A stretch of 64,000 bases of DNA from Tubiluchus corallicola. Taxonomy: Eukaryota > Animalia > Priapulida. Location of the stretch: NCBI GenBank assembly GCA_030141605.1, contig JAQGDQ010000661.1, forward strand, positions 52,952-116,951, given 5' to 3'. This document shows, one piece after another, positions 24,923-37,126 of this stretch. The translations under genes were made by a program, and so were the position numbers. Positions within the stretch are counted from its first letter, which is position 1, and every line of letters starts with the position of its first letter. A model generated the notes under the pieces. That model was given only the letters and a program-made list of their open reading frames with translations. It was not told the DNA's origin and did no database searches.

Positions 24923-25864
24923 TGGGGCGTTGAGACGTAGAGACTTCTCTCACAACTTATTGCGCAACTTCTTTCTAAGAGAAGCTGCCAAGCCGTTCAC
25001 ACGTTGCAACAAGTTGCAAGAGAAGTTGCAAAACCGTTCACACGTTACAACTTTACTCTCAGAGACAAGTAGCGCAACAAGTTGCGAGAGAAGTTGCAAA
25101 AGCGTTCACGCGTTACAACTTTACTCTCAGAGAGAAGTAGTACAACAAGTTGCAAGAGAAGTTGCAAAACCGTTCACACGTTACAACTTTACTCTCAGAG
25201 AGAAGTAGTACAACAAGTTGCGAGAGAAGTTGCAAAAGCGTTCACACGTTACAACTTTACTCTCAGAGAGAAGTAGTACAACAAGTTGCGAGAGAAGTTG
25301 CAAAACCGTTCACACGTTACAACTTTACTCTCAGAGAGAAGTAGCGCAACAAGTTGCGAGAGAAGTTGCAAAAGCGTTCACACGTTACAACTTTACTCTC
25401 AGAGACAAAAGTAGCGCAACAAGTTGCGAGAGAAGTTGCAAAACCGTTCACACGTTACAACTTTACTCTCAGAGAGAAGTAGTACAACAAGTTGCAAGAG
25501 AAGTTGCAAAAGCGTTCACACGTTACAACTTTACTCTCAGAGAGAAGTAGTACAACAAGTTGCGAGAGAAGTTGCAAAAGCGTTCACACGTTACAACTTT
25601 ACTCTCAGAGAGAAGTAGTACAACAAGTTGCGAGAGAAGTTGCAAAAGCGTTCACACGTTACAACTTTACTCTCAGAGAGAAGTAGTACAACAAGTTGCG
25701 AGAGAAGTTGCAAAACCGTTCACACGTTACAACTTTACTCTCAGAGAGAAGTAGCGCAACAAGTTGCGAGAGAAGTTGCAAAAGCGTTCACACGTTACAA
25801 CTTTACTCTCAGAGAGAAGTAGCGCAACAAGTTGCAAGAGAAGTATCTACGTCTGAACGCACCA
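24923..25864. mobile_element. PIF/Harbinger-like MITE containing a 68-bp internal satellite
   Basis: TIR TGGGGCGTTGAGACGTAGAGACTTCTC / GAGAAGTATCTACGTCTGAACGCACCA, flanks TAA/CAA, about 12 internal 68-bp units. Confidence 0.7.
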
Positions 25865-25889
25865 CAACAGTGAACCTTCATGCACACTG

Positions 25890-26257
25890 AATCTCTCTCT
25901 CTCCCCTTCTCTTTCTTTCTCTCTCTCCGCCCCCTCTGTCTCTTTCTCCCTCTCTCTCTCTCTCCTCGCCCTCTTTCTTTCTCTTCCTCTCTCTCTCTTT
26001 CTCTTCGTCTCTCTCTCTTTCTCTTCCTAACTCTCTCTCTGTCTCTTTCTCCCTCCTCTCCTCTCTCTCTTTGTCTCTCTCTACCCCCCTCTCTCTCTCT
26101 CTCCTCGCCCTCTTTCTTTCTCTTCCTCTCTCTCTCTTTTTCTTCGTCTCTCTCTCTTTCTCTTCCTAACTCTCTCTCTCTGTCTCTTTCTCCCTCCTTT
26201 CCCTCGCTCCTCTCTTTTTCTCTTCCTATCTCTCTCTCCCTCTTTGTCTCTCTCTGC

Positions 26258-26302
<45 letters not shown>

Positions 26303-26312
26303 CTCTCTCTCG
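25890..26312. repeat. CT-rich microsatellite
   Basis: Read directly. Confidence 0.93.
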
Positions 26313-26782
26313 TTCACTATCTATTTATGTCCACTTCTCTTATGCTGAAAAAATTCCCTCATTTTTATGTTTTCTTTGTAAACCTGTAATTATCAGTTTC
26401 TCAGCGAACTTTCATAAAACAACAGATATGGGCACAATACAACCTTACTTGGCTTACAGTATTCGTGCTTTTTCTAAAAGAAGTTGGGTGCGCCCTACTG
26501 ATGAATGATTTCTTGGGCTTTGTAATAATGTGATGTGTAAACTCACTCTTATGATAAACATAGTTATAACGTTCATGCGCCATCTATATTCAGCATTGTT
26601 AACTAATAGAATATTTACCACTGAGAGCGTGTAAACCATGGACACTTCATCTACAAGGCAGCGTCTGTGGATTTTAAAAATGTTAAGCTTTGAATTGTGC
26701 GGCAATTAGCAAAACGTATACGTCATAGCTATGATTTAGCTATACAAGTAAAACTTATATAGTATTTCTTAATGATGTTTAA

Positions 26783-27413
26783 CCCTTATAGAGTCACCGG
26801 GGGGGGGGGGGGGTAGAAATTACCCCCAGACCGGTTTTTTGCATTTTACCCTTCTACCATATGCATTGCAGTAAACCTTTTCTATGTCTTTTTCTAAATA
26901 TGTTTTGTGCACAAAATACTTTCAGTTATTTATTTTAGGCGCATTGTCTCACCACGAAATAAAAGTGAAAATGCAATATGTCGATTTTTTAAAATTGTCG
27001 AAACTTTACTTCGCTTGTCTATACATTATACGTGCGATGCATCTGATAAAACAAAATGTCAGTTACTGAAATTACTCCACCTAAAAGAAGAAAGTAGTAG
27101 ACAATAAATTCAAAATAACAATGATTTTTGCACACGCGCTAGAAATGTGGGTTGTCTACAGTTATTCCAGCATAGATAAGGGAACGTAACTAAGTGAATT
27201 TAAATTTCGTATTACTAGTAAGTCACATGTCTTTAAGCAGAGGTACAATGTATCCTATGGTGGTCAGCATAGTCACAAATTATGCTCCTTGCTGTTTACT
27301 AACGAAACACGGCGGATTATCAAAAGTAATTAACGAATTATGGTGGGGGTAATTTTTACCCCCCCCCCCCCGGTTACCAAAATTGGTTGAAAAAAATCGT
27401 GACCCTATAAGGG
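26783..27413. mobile_element. piggyBac-like MITE
   Basis: TTAA TSD (26779-26782 and 27414-27417), TIR CCCTTATAGAGTCAC / GTGACCCTATAAGGG, and sub-terminal poly-G / poly-C inverted repeats. Confidence 0.85.
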
Positions 27414-27459
27414 TTAATACTGTGTCTTTAATACTATAAATTATCTTTATACTTCTCAG

Positions 27460-27624
27460 TCACCTCACAGCGATGTTAAATACAGAAGAGCCCACTCATC
27501 GCTAGGACTGCGTCAGCATCCAGTAGCCGACAAAGAGGATGTATGTCCAGACACAGTTAAACGATGCACCGATGTGAAAGATCCCACTGTAGATAGAACC
27601 AGGTTGCAAGACGGAAATTATCAA
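27460..27624 (+). pseudogene. Inverted duplicate of ENKD1 exon 3 (orphan exon)
   Basis: Reverse complement of 39491-39661 with 7 substitutions and an in-frame 6-nt deletion; the cttctcag acceptor and GTAAGG donor are intact. Confidence 0.85.
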
Positions 27625-27662
27625 GTAAGGAAAATGTATAAGAAGTGATACTAAAATTTACG

Positions 27663-28220
27663 TTACAGGAAGACTGGATGATTGTTAAGACTCAATCTCA
27701 TTTTAAGTTACTGTCCAAAATATACATTTTCTTGCCTATAAAAGTTAACAAATGTTCCTTTTATTTGAATAATTAGCTTAGAAAGTTAATTAACGTCCAC
27801 CGAATGCAGCTATTGCTTACGTCAGAAACTAACCACAGTTTGTGCAATGGCAGGCGTCTTCCTGTGCACATCAAGCACATTTGCATAAGTGTTACAGTAG
27901 TGTTTAAACGCATGATGTCACGAAAAATGGGGCCTACATCATATGACGTCAGAAACTAACACTGCAGTTTAAGATCACGGTTATCACGGTACCGCCTTCT
28001 ATTTGTCGGCCACGCGAATGTGCCAAAAAGGCGCCGTTGCCAATCTTAGTAGATTCACTGATCCGCTCGTAGCTTTGAAAGTTTAACGAAATTTGAATAT
28101 GCGAGGTAATTATTATTTAATCTAAGCTTTGATTTTTAAAAAAACTATTGTAGTTTTCAATATTTTAGAGCATTCTTTGTTCTGAACTATTGTTTACACA
28201 ATCATCCGGTTTTCCTTTAA
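27663..28220. mobile_element. TTAA-type (Kolobok-like) MITE, family B copy
   Basis: TIR AGGAAGACTGGATGATTGT / ACAATCATCCGGTTTTCCT followed by TTAA; inverted homologue at 38895-39451. Confidence 0.7.
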
Positions 28221-29131
28221 GGATTTAAATCTCGTAGCACACTCTTTCCTCACACCGCGAGGCTGTTATTCCTGTAAAATTCGTGCTCGGTACGTGTACT
28301 CTGTACGTCCTGGATGTCACAATGACGTGTTACGCGACACAACTTTCTCGTACCCCTGGCTTAGCAGTTACGTACCCCCAACGGGTACTCGCACCCCATG
28401 CTAGCAACCACTGCACTAGACCCACAAGACAAATTCAAAAAAAAACTGAAGATGTTCTTTCTTTATCAAAGCAATGTATTACAAAACACTACAGCATGAA
28501 ACTGTTTAAAATACAAAGATCTATCACACCACTCAAAGCTCGTTAGCTAATATTGATACAATGCAACTCTAATTGACAATAAGGTTTTATGCTAAAAATC
28601 AATATTTTATACACAAAAATAATCATGAATTAAGTACAAGCATTAAGAGGAACAATCTTTGAAAAAAGTTCTAACAACTGCTAACATGTGTGAATTTCGC
28701 AAAATTTTAATTTTTCATACTCACTGTTAACAAAATGGTAAACCATGCTCTAATCGCATCCAGAAATATCAATTTTCAGAAAGTCAAACTTATAATCTAC
28801 AAAGGTTAAGTAAACTTTTAGAAAAATACAATTTTTCAAATACGGAGAAATAGATATTTTTTACATTAATAAAATTGGCGTAATTAGATAATTATACTGT
28901 ATCTGAATTCTTTCAAATTCACATTATTTTGAAGGCAAAAACGTAGCAAACCACATCAAACATATGTCACTTGAACAAAGTACAAAAAAAAACTGCAAAA
29001 TGCAAGTCTAAACAACAAACATGTGTTTCATAATTATAAACGAATTATTATTGCTGTCCAATTCCTGCTGATAAAGCACAAATCAGATTCCGGTCTTAAT
29101 TTAAGCCTCAAAACAATGTACACTACAAAAT

Positions 29132-29680
29132 GTTGAAAGGGAAGATACTATTGTTTTCAAGAATGACTTATGTGAAAGAATTATTACCACACAAACATTA
29201 TTTTGCATTCGCGCCACTAGTTTTTCGCTGTTACATGCATTTTGCCATTTGCTAGTTAGACGGGCACTAGTGCCTGCATTTCGCGTACGCATTGCACAAA
29301 AACATGTGCTGTACCTCTCAGTTCAAAGGTGTTCGGTTGTGACGTAGTACACAAGTTCATGAGTTCACGCGTGAGCACAGCGATAAACTTGAAAGTTGAA
29401 TTATAAATTTAGAATTTGCAGTTCTTTTGTGTACTGCACTGAATGTTGTACAGTAGCGCAGTGTTACAATTTTCACTTTTGCAATGGGCTCATGCAATGT
29501 TTGTCTATTGAAAATTATGTTCACTTGTGACGTCATGGCAAGTTGTGCTCGCCCAACCGTTAATTAAGTTTTTAATCTACTATTTAATGATCAGAAATTC
29601 TTTGGCATTCGTATAGGAGTTAAAATGTCTACTCTTTACCGTACTTCAAAATGGGCAAAGATATGAAAAATGAACCTGTT
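29132..29680 (+). mobile_element. Family A dispersed element copy
   Basis: Collinear with 10776-11329. Confidence 0.65.
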
Positions 29681-30248
29681 TACATTTCACGTTACCTGGG
29701 ATTCGTCTTACGTTACCTGAGATTCATCTCACCAATCTGCCTGTTTCACTCATTCTTACCAAGCAGGACCCATTGCAGTCAGTAAGGAAGATTAGCAATT
29801 AAGACAAAACTAAACAGCAAATTCTCATGTACCGCAAGTCCTCGCTTAGCGACGCTAATGCATCTTAGCAAAGTGTGACGTTAAGTGAAACGCCGCTAAA
29901 CGAAGCGAAGAGTTCCATAAAAAGTAATGTAAAAGAATAAGGATACGTTCCAGAGGTAACAATCAATACTGCTTAAATCATATAAAATAAACATCTTATG
30001 AGTTTCACTCGTGTTTCTACTGACTAATTTCTTTCTGCTTGGTTGAACCCACCTGTATGTCTTACTTACCTAGCTAGCGGGTTCTCTTTAGTTGATGTTA
30101 AAGTCTAGGCAGCCATTAAACATATATTGATTTACACACGGCTGTAACTGCACTAAATTCGTTTAAGAAATGAACCGCCCATCGCTAATACAAAAGCTAA
30201 AAATGGTGTACCACACTATATCGCTTCAAGTGACTTGCGCAAAAGACG

Positions 30249-30409
30249 TTATTCGTCAAGTTTTATAAAAACTTTCGGCCGAGAGAATATCTTTATTGCC
30301 TCGTCGACTTCGGTGAGTTTCTTGTCTAAATTCTCTTTGTAGCGGCGCACCTTCAGACTGTCGCTACTCACAGGGAGACAATGCAGCTGCTCCATCATGT
30401 CTGAATGAG
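30249..30409 (-). CDS. ENKD1: ENKD1 exon 7 (terminal; C-terminal half of the enkurin domain)
   Basis: tttcag acceptor; HSDMMEQLHCLPVSSDSLKVRRYKENLDKKLTEVDEAIKIFSRPKVFIKLDE then stop. Confidence 0.93.
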
Positions 30410-33400
30410 CTGAAACGATAACAATCATAGCATCACGATTCTTCCCAGCAGAAACTACGTGTAAGCGTACCAGGGGTGGACAATCTCTGCCACAAAGCCA
30501 CTTTGAATCCAGTTGAATTTGCAACTTTAGAACGTTACCACAAGGCTAAACCGTCTGGTCTAATGTGTACACAAATTTAAGTTATAACCTGTGGCGGCTC
30601 ATGTATAGTTATTGTGGAACTGCAGCACCCTCTATTTTCACTCAACATTATCGATAATATTCAATATAAAAAGTTTTTTTCTTTAGTTCTTTCTTTATAT
30701 TTGAACGGTCTAGAGCAGGGGTGTGCAAATTGCGGCCCGCGGGCCACTTGCGGCCCGCCGAGAGAATTTGTGCGGCCCGCGAAGAGACTTGTCAACCTAA
30801 TGAAAGTGCGGCCCGGGCGATTAAGTGAGTGTATCCAGCTGAAGTCCGTGCCAAAGATAGTGCGGGTAGTTTTTTTCTACTAGATCGGATGCCATTAACC
30901 CACAACACAAAACCACACCCAAAAAAAAAAAAAAACAAAACCAAAAACACAAAAAACCACACAAAAAAAATCTTATTAGGCCTTTCTGTACTTGGCTCCT
31001 TGATCAAACTGCCTGTGGCCCGCAGGAATTGCGGGAAAGTTTAATGTGGCCCGGCTAGTCTGACAATTTGCTCACCCCTGGTCTAGAGCACGTGACAGTA
31101 GTACTGTTTGCTTCACAGCCCAGCACAGTGCGCTCCAGCAACACGGTGTTTGGGCTGTGGTGCGCATGCGGTCAAGCGCACATGCCAGAGCGCAGATAGA
31201 GAAAGTACTGTCACTCACACAGTTTGTTGTCAGTTGTTACATGCTTACCGTGAATGGATCAAGCTTGAACTGTAGCACTTTAGGCTGTTAGTAAGCAAAA
31301 ATATTTTTTGTTTAGAATTTTATCAAGTTTATGTATAAACTTTCATATGTTTGTTTGTTTAAAATCACAATTTCATATTACAACATAAAAATTACATACG
31401 TTTGTTTCATTTTACACAGTAGTAAAACAATGGATGGCTAAAAATTTTCTAAACCAGCGCCCCCAGTAATTTTAGCTACGAACCGCCATTATTGATGACC
31501 CTTACACTTCGTCTTTTCGCACCCCATCTCCCTTTGAATGTTATTATTATTATTGTGTTCTTACTTGTTTTTACGGTTAATGAGACTAATAAATAAATAT
31601 TCATATTCATATTCATTATTCATTCGTTCAATTTAACAAATACACCGTCAATGGCTTGTCCTCGTTAATAAAAAATAACTTGATAGCTTGACCATTGACC
31701 TTCATTTCCTTCACTGTAAAGGCAAATCAACGATTTCGTTCTTAATAAATTGACACAAATCTCCCTGTGCTGCCATCTAACGAGAGAAACACAAATCATA
31801 ACTTACTTTTCTTTAGCATGTTGAGAGTTTCCAGGCGTTCGCTGTTCGGCATCAACTTGTGCCCCGGAGGTACCGATGGGTCCGGCATCTCTGCCCTCCT
31901 TTTTTCGTCCTCTGCCATCCACTGCTTACGACGATCTACTAAACTAAAATGTAGAAAATTAAAAATATTTTTCGTTTATTTAAAACAATTTTGTCTAACT
32001 ATGACGATGACGAATGAGATGATGATAATGGTGACAACTGATTGCAAATGTAAACAACAAATTGTAAATGTAAATAAAAATATAAATAAAATTTTAGTAG
32101 ATTAAAGCACAAGACAACCCTTCATAAACATAAAAAGCTTAAAAAATTCGTCTTGAAATTTTATAACACTTATATACTGTCTTTATGCATGCAGGGCTTG
32201 CGTCGGCAGTAACGCTGTGTAAAACTTGTACGTCTAAACTCCTGCGATGACCGTTAGACGCAGCCATCTTAATGATAAGTCATTTGAAACAAGTTTTGAT
32301 AACTCTTTTCTGTGTTTTTATTATTTTTCCTTTTTTGTCTTATTTATTGTACTTCAATCAATAAATGTGCCATTGTATTTTAAGATAAATATCTTATAAT
32401 TTAAATGTCTTAAATTTAAAAATATCTTATGAATTAATTTTTTTAATAATTTTGATGATCTTGTAAAATGCATTAAAATATTCAAAAAATTATTATTATT
32501 ATTATATGCTGGGCAGTGAATGGATGGGTGATAGAGATCTAACTGCAGCGTGCCAGCTGCAATACAAATCACATGGCAGTGAAGTGTGGTTAAGCAGCAT
32601 CAAAGCTGTTCAGTGAATGGATGGGTGATAGCGATCTAACTCGCAGTGTGCCAGCTGGAAAACAAATCACACGGCAGTAAGGTGTGGTCAAGCAGCGTCA
32701 AAGCTGATCAGTGAATGGATGGGTGATAGCGATCTAACTGATACTCGCACTGAGTGGTTTTTCTCCTGCCGAATCCGGTTGTTTACCTCCAAGTGTCGAT
32801 TCAATTGACAATCTAAATACAATAACCTCTAGAACGAACCGAGATTCATTCTTGCCACAGACACCAGTGCTGCCACCTGCCGCCAACAAATAAACCAAAA
32901 AAAATGCTTACTATTTTGGAATGCTGCCCTTTATGTGCTGCTGAAACTTGTTGAGTCTTTCCTCGTTACGTCGCCGTGTTTGCTCCACGACGGTAACGGA
33001 CTGCGAACGTTGCATACGAGGATGGTGACCAGCGGCCAGAGCGTTGAGCTTGATGAAATCAATCGGTCTTTTCATTTCAATATTCATCTAAACAACAAAA
33101 GCGGGAAAGTAAAGAATTTGAAATTAAAGTTTCAAATTAAAATTAAACTAAAAAATAGTCAAAAATATGTCACTAACTGAGTAAAATTTTAAATCATGAT
33201 ATTTTGTCAATAAGATTAAAAATACGTTTTTTGGTTAGTGAGTGCTGCACCCTGGAGGGTGAGTCAGCGACATTTCACCAATTGGTTAAAACATTTTAAA
33301 TAATTAATAATTTTCGTTGATGACCTAAACATAATCAGCAATGAATCAATTGTTTTTATTCAATTTTAATTTATTTATCTCTTTATAGTGTTACAATAAA

Positions 33401-36400
33401 ACATGATTAATAAAAGAATCTCTAATAAGTTTTGAAAATGGTAAAAATGTATAGATAGATCTAGAACTAGAGAAAGGATAGCGAAAAGATTATAAAGTCA
33501 CCTAGTCTGCTATCCTTTACCGAATATAGATAAAAAGATTTTTTAGACACTGGTGGGCATTAATGTTATCAGTTTAATTTAGGAAACATTAGTAATTTTA
33601 AAATTATGACATTTTCTATATAATCCAGAGAAAAAAATATACATGTAGTTTAATTAGCGGGCAACAAAATAAGGTCAATCTTGATTAACCTAAAAATTGC
33701 ATTTAGATTTTATGTGAAATACAGGTCAAAATTGTTATGAAATGATAAAAACACTTTGAGTTAATAATGCTATTAATCAACAACAGGAGTTAAATACATT
33801 TTGTTTAATATCATGTTTAATACTTCAGTTTTTATAAGAAGCAATCTTAATTTGTGCGTCAAATGTTTTGGGATGGATTGCAATTAATGTTAATACGGCG
33901 TTGAACTATAATAATGATTTGAATGGAAGGCGATTACATCAAGTTTAAAGCACAAGAAAACCCTCCACTTACATAAAGCTGAAAAAATTCGTTCCGAAAT
34001 TTTATACTACTTAAATACTACGATTTCGTATCCTTGCGTTGCATCGGCAATAACCCTGCACAAAACATGTAAACTTAAACTCCCGCGATGACCGCCAGGC
34101 ACAGGCATGTTAGGCGAACATCGTTTGAAACAAGTTCAGAGAACATTGAGTAAAGTTTGAATAAATAATCAGAGCATTCGTAGCGTACATGTAGCTAATT
34201 AAGTAAAATTTTAAATTACTGTATCTTGTCAATAAGATTAAAAATAGGTGTTTTGGCTAGTGAGTGGCGCACCCTGGAGGGTGAGTCAGTGACATTTTGC
34301 CAAGTAGCACAAACATGTTGAATTATTATTTCAAGTTACATAAGTCTTTCCAGCAGGTAAGCAAAATGCTAAGTAATACTATGATATAGATATGGAAAGT
34401 TTTTTGGTAGATAATTTAACATTTCTTTTTCTTCCCCTGATTTACGTTGTGCGTAAGTGACGTCATGTAATGGCGCCGTCGGAACAGTATGGCGGAAAGG
34501 GTAAAATGAAAACAAACAAAAAATCCTTTCAGTGCCAGTACGATTCACACATAAAATTGCTATAAAGTAATATAATTTTTTAAGGTATTATTCTGAAACC
34601 TACTTCAGGTACCCCTTTTCTTGTCCTTTAACGCCTCTTCAAGGCACAGCAAGTCGTCACTTAACGACACTTTAAGTTAAATAAAGTCACTGAAAAAACT
34701 AAACAGTCTACCTTCATTACTGACAACCTCAAAAGCTATTTCAACCCACGGCTGTCTTGTGTAGAATTTTTGTGATTGTATCTAGAGTCACTTCTATCAT
34801 AGAGGAAAAGCCAGACTTTAACAGTGTGTACAGTGTTCCCTCGCTGTTTCGCGGTTCGTTTATCGCGGACTCGCTGCTTCGCGGTTCGTTTATCGCGGAC
34901 TCGCTGTTTCGCAGGTTTTCGCTGTTTTGCGGGTTTTTGCGATACTCCATCTAAAGTATTTTTGCACATGCGTAGTACGTACTGTACAGTAATGTATAGA
35001 TTTGATGAATTTTGCATAAAAAATCACAAAATGTATAAAAACATATTAAAAATATCAATTCTAACATTAAAAGAATATTATAAATCATAAAAAAAATACA
35101 ATTTACGGTAAATAGTGTATTTATTCGGCGGATGAATACACACCAAAAACGAAATGTAGTACTTGCGCCCGCAAATAAGTATAGCATCCCTACTTCGCGG
35201 AAATTCACTTATCGCGGGGCGGGCCTGGAACGGAACACCCGCGATAAGTGAGGGAACACTGTACAATTTAATTGTCCATTACTATGAAAAACAGTGGTCA
35301 CTCGTAGCTAAAGTTACCAGGGATGCTGCTTCAGAAAATTTTTAGCCATTGGAATGCACTTTGCAAAACACAAAATTAGAATAACAACCTTTAATTATAA
35401 TTAAATACCTCTAATTACGTGTAGATTAAATACCTCTGATTTTGAAATTAAACTTTGTGCATTATCATCACGTTCGATATCTTGCGCTGACCCCTTCGTT
35501 TTATGCTTCGTGCTCAAACGATCAAGTTTTGCTGAGGGGTGAGGTAGGTTCGTCGCACTTGCATCAGCTACAGCGGCGTGGCATGTGTCCACAGCCGAAG
35601 AGCGACGAAGCTCAACTGCCGATGCGCATCTACGAAGTCCTGAAGGAGTGCCCTTTGAAGCCTAAAAATAATGAAATGTAATCATGAATTGTTGTTGGCA
35701 TCCTTCTGTCTCAGAAGACAATGGAGTGTGCGCCAAGAGAGTCACATTGATGGAGCTGCAGCGCCGACTGTGGCTGAGCAATCTGATCCCTAAACCACTG
35801 GAGTGGCCTGTATGGAGATCCCGAGTCGCCCAGACAACAGGAACCCCCTCTCTTCCTCCCTGGTGTAGTCCAAAGGAAAGCGGAGCGACACGTTTGGCAC
35901 CAGGTTGCCTGCAGGAGCTGCCGGAGTCAATGAGCATGCTGCACTGGTCCGCCTTCGTGGCTCCACTCCTGATTTGGAAGGTTTACTCCTCTACACATGG
36001 CCGTTGGGTCACTTGACCTCCTCCGCCCTCTAGCCGTTGGCTGCTTGTGCAGCTCGTCCACCTAGTGTCGATATACAGCGTGGGCATCCCGCAAGCCTAC
36101 AGCACCTGGTATTCCTAGGCGGTCACCCATGCAAGTACTAACCAAGCTCTGTGTTGCTTAACTTCGGTGATCTGACGAGAACCGGTGTTTTCAACGTGAT
36201 ATGATCATGAATTATTATAGCAAAAACTATGAACAAAATTTCTAATAAAATACCTTGCACTGCATAGCTGATTTTGCAAAATCAAAGTTTTCACTAGTCT
36301 CTGAAGTTTTTGTTTATCCAATATTTTACTTAGTAATTAATAATATATGACTAATATATAGTAAAAATGAGTTTATATAACATGATTCCAACTTGGGTGT

Positions 36401-36943
36401 TTTAAAACTTTCCTACTAAAGAACATTCTAAGAAAGATAATTTTCCAGTCATTGGTAAACAAAGTTCAAAACAATGAACACATTTTATATAAACAATGCG
36501 GTACATAACAGAACTTGGAACAGATTATTGAGGACAGATTCATTAGCAGCGATGAACCTAGAATTTATGCCATCTGGAATGTTGTAACTTGAAATTGAAA
36601 TCCTCACAAATGTGTCAAAAACATGAAAAAACAAATCTGATTTTTTCATTTGATTTAACTCTTTATTTCAAACCAGGTTCATAGAATACATAACATACAA
36701 TACTTACAAGACATACAATAATTATAACCCCCTCCTCTCCCTCTCTCTTTTTCTCTCTCTCTCTCTCCATCTCCCACCCTCTCTTTCTCCATCTATCTAT
36801 CTCTCTATCTCTCCCGCCCTCTCTCTCTCTCTCTCTCTCTCCATCTCTCTTTCTAGATCTCTCTCTTGTTCTCTCTCTCTCTCTCTCTCTCCCGCCCTCT
36901 CTCTTTCTCTCTCTCTCCATCTCTCTTTCTAGATCTCTCTCTT

Positions 36944-37041
<98 letters not shown>

Positions 37042-37069
37042 TCCGTCCTCTCTCTCTGTGTCTATGTTT

Positions 37070-37126
<57 letters not shown>

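Noticed and set aside
24804-25890. Series of 64-aa ORFs
   Set aside because: Products of the 68-bp repeat, whose period is not a multiple of three.
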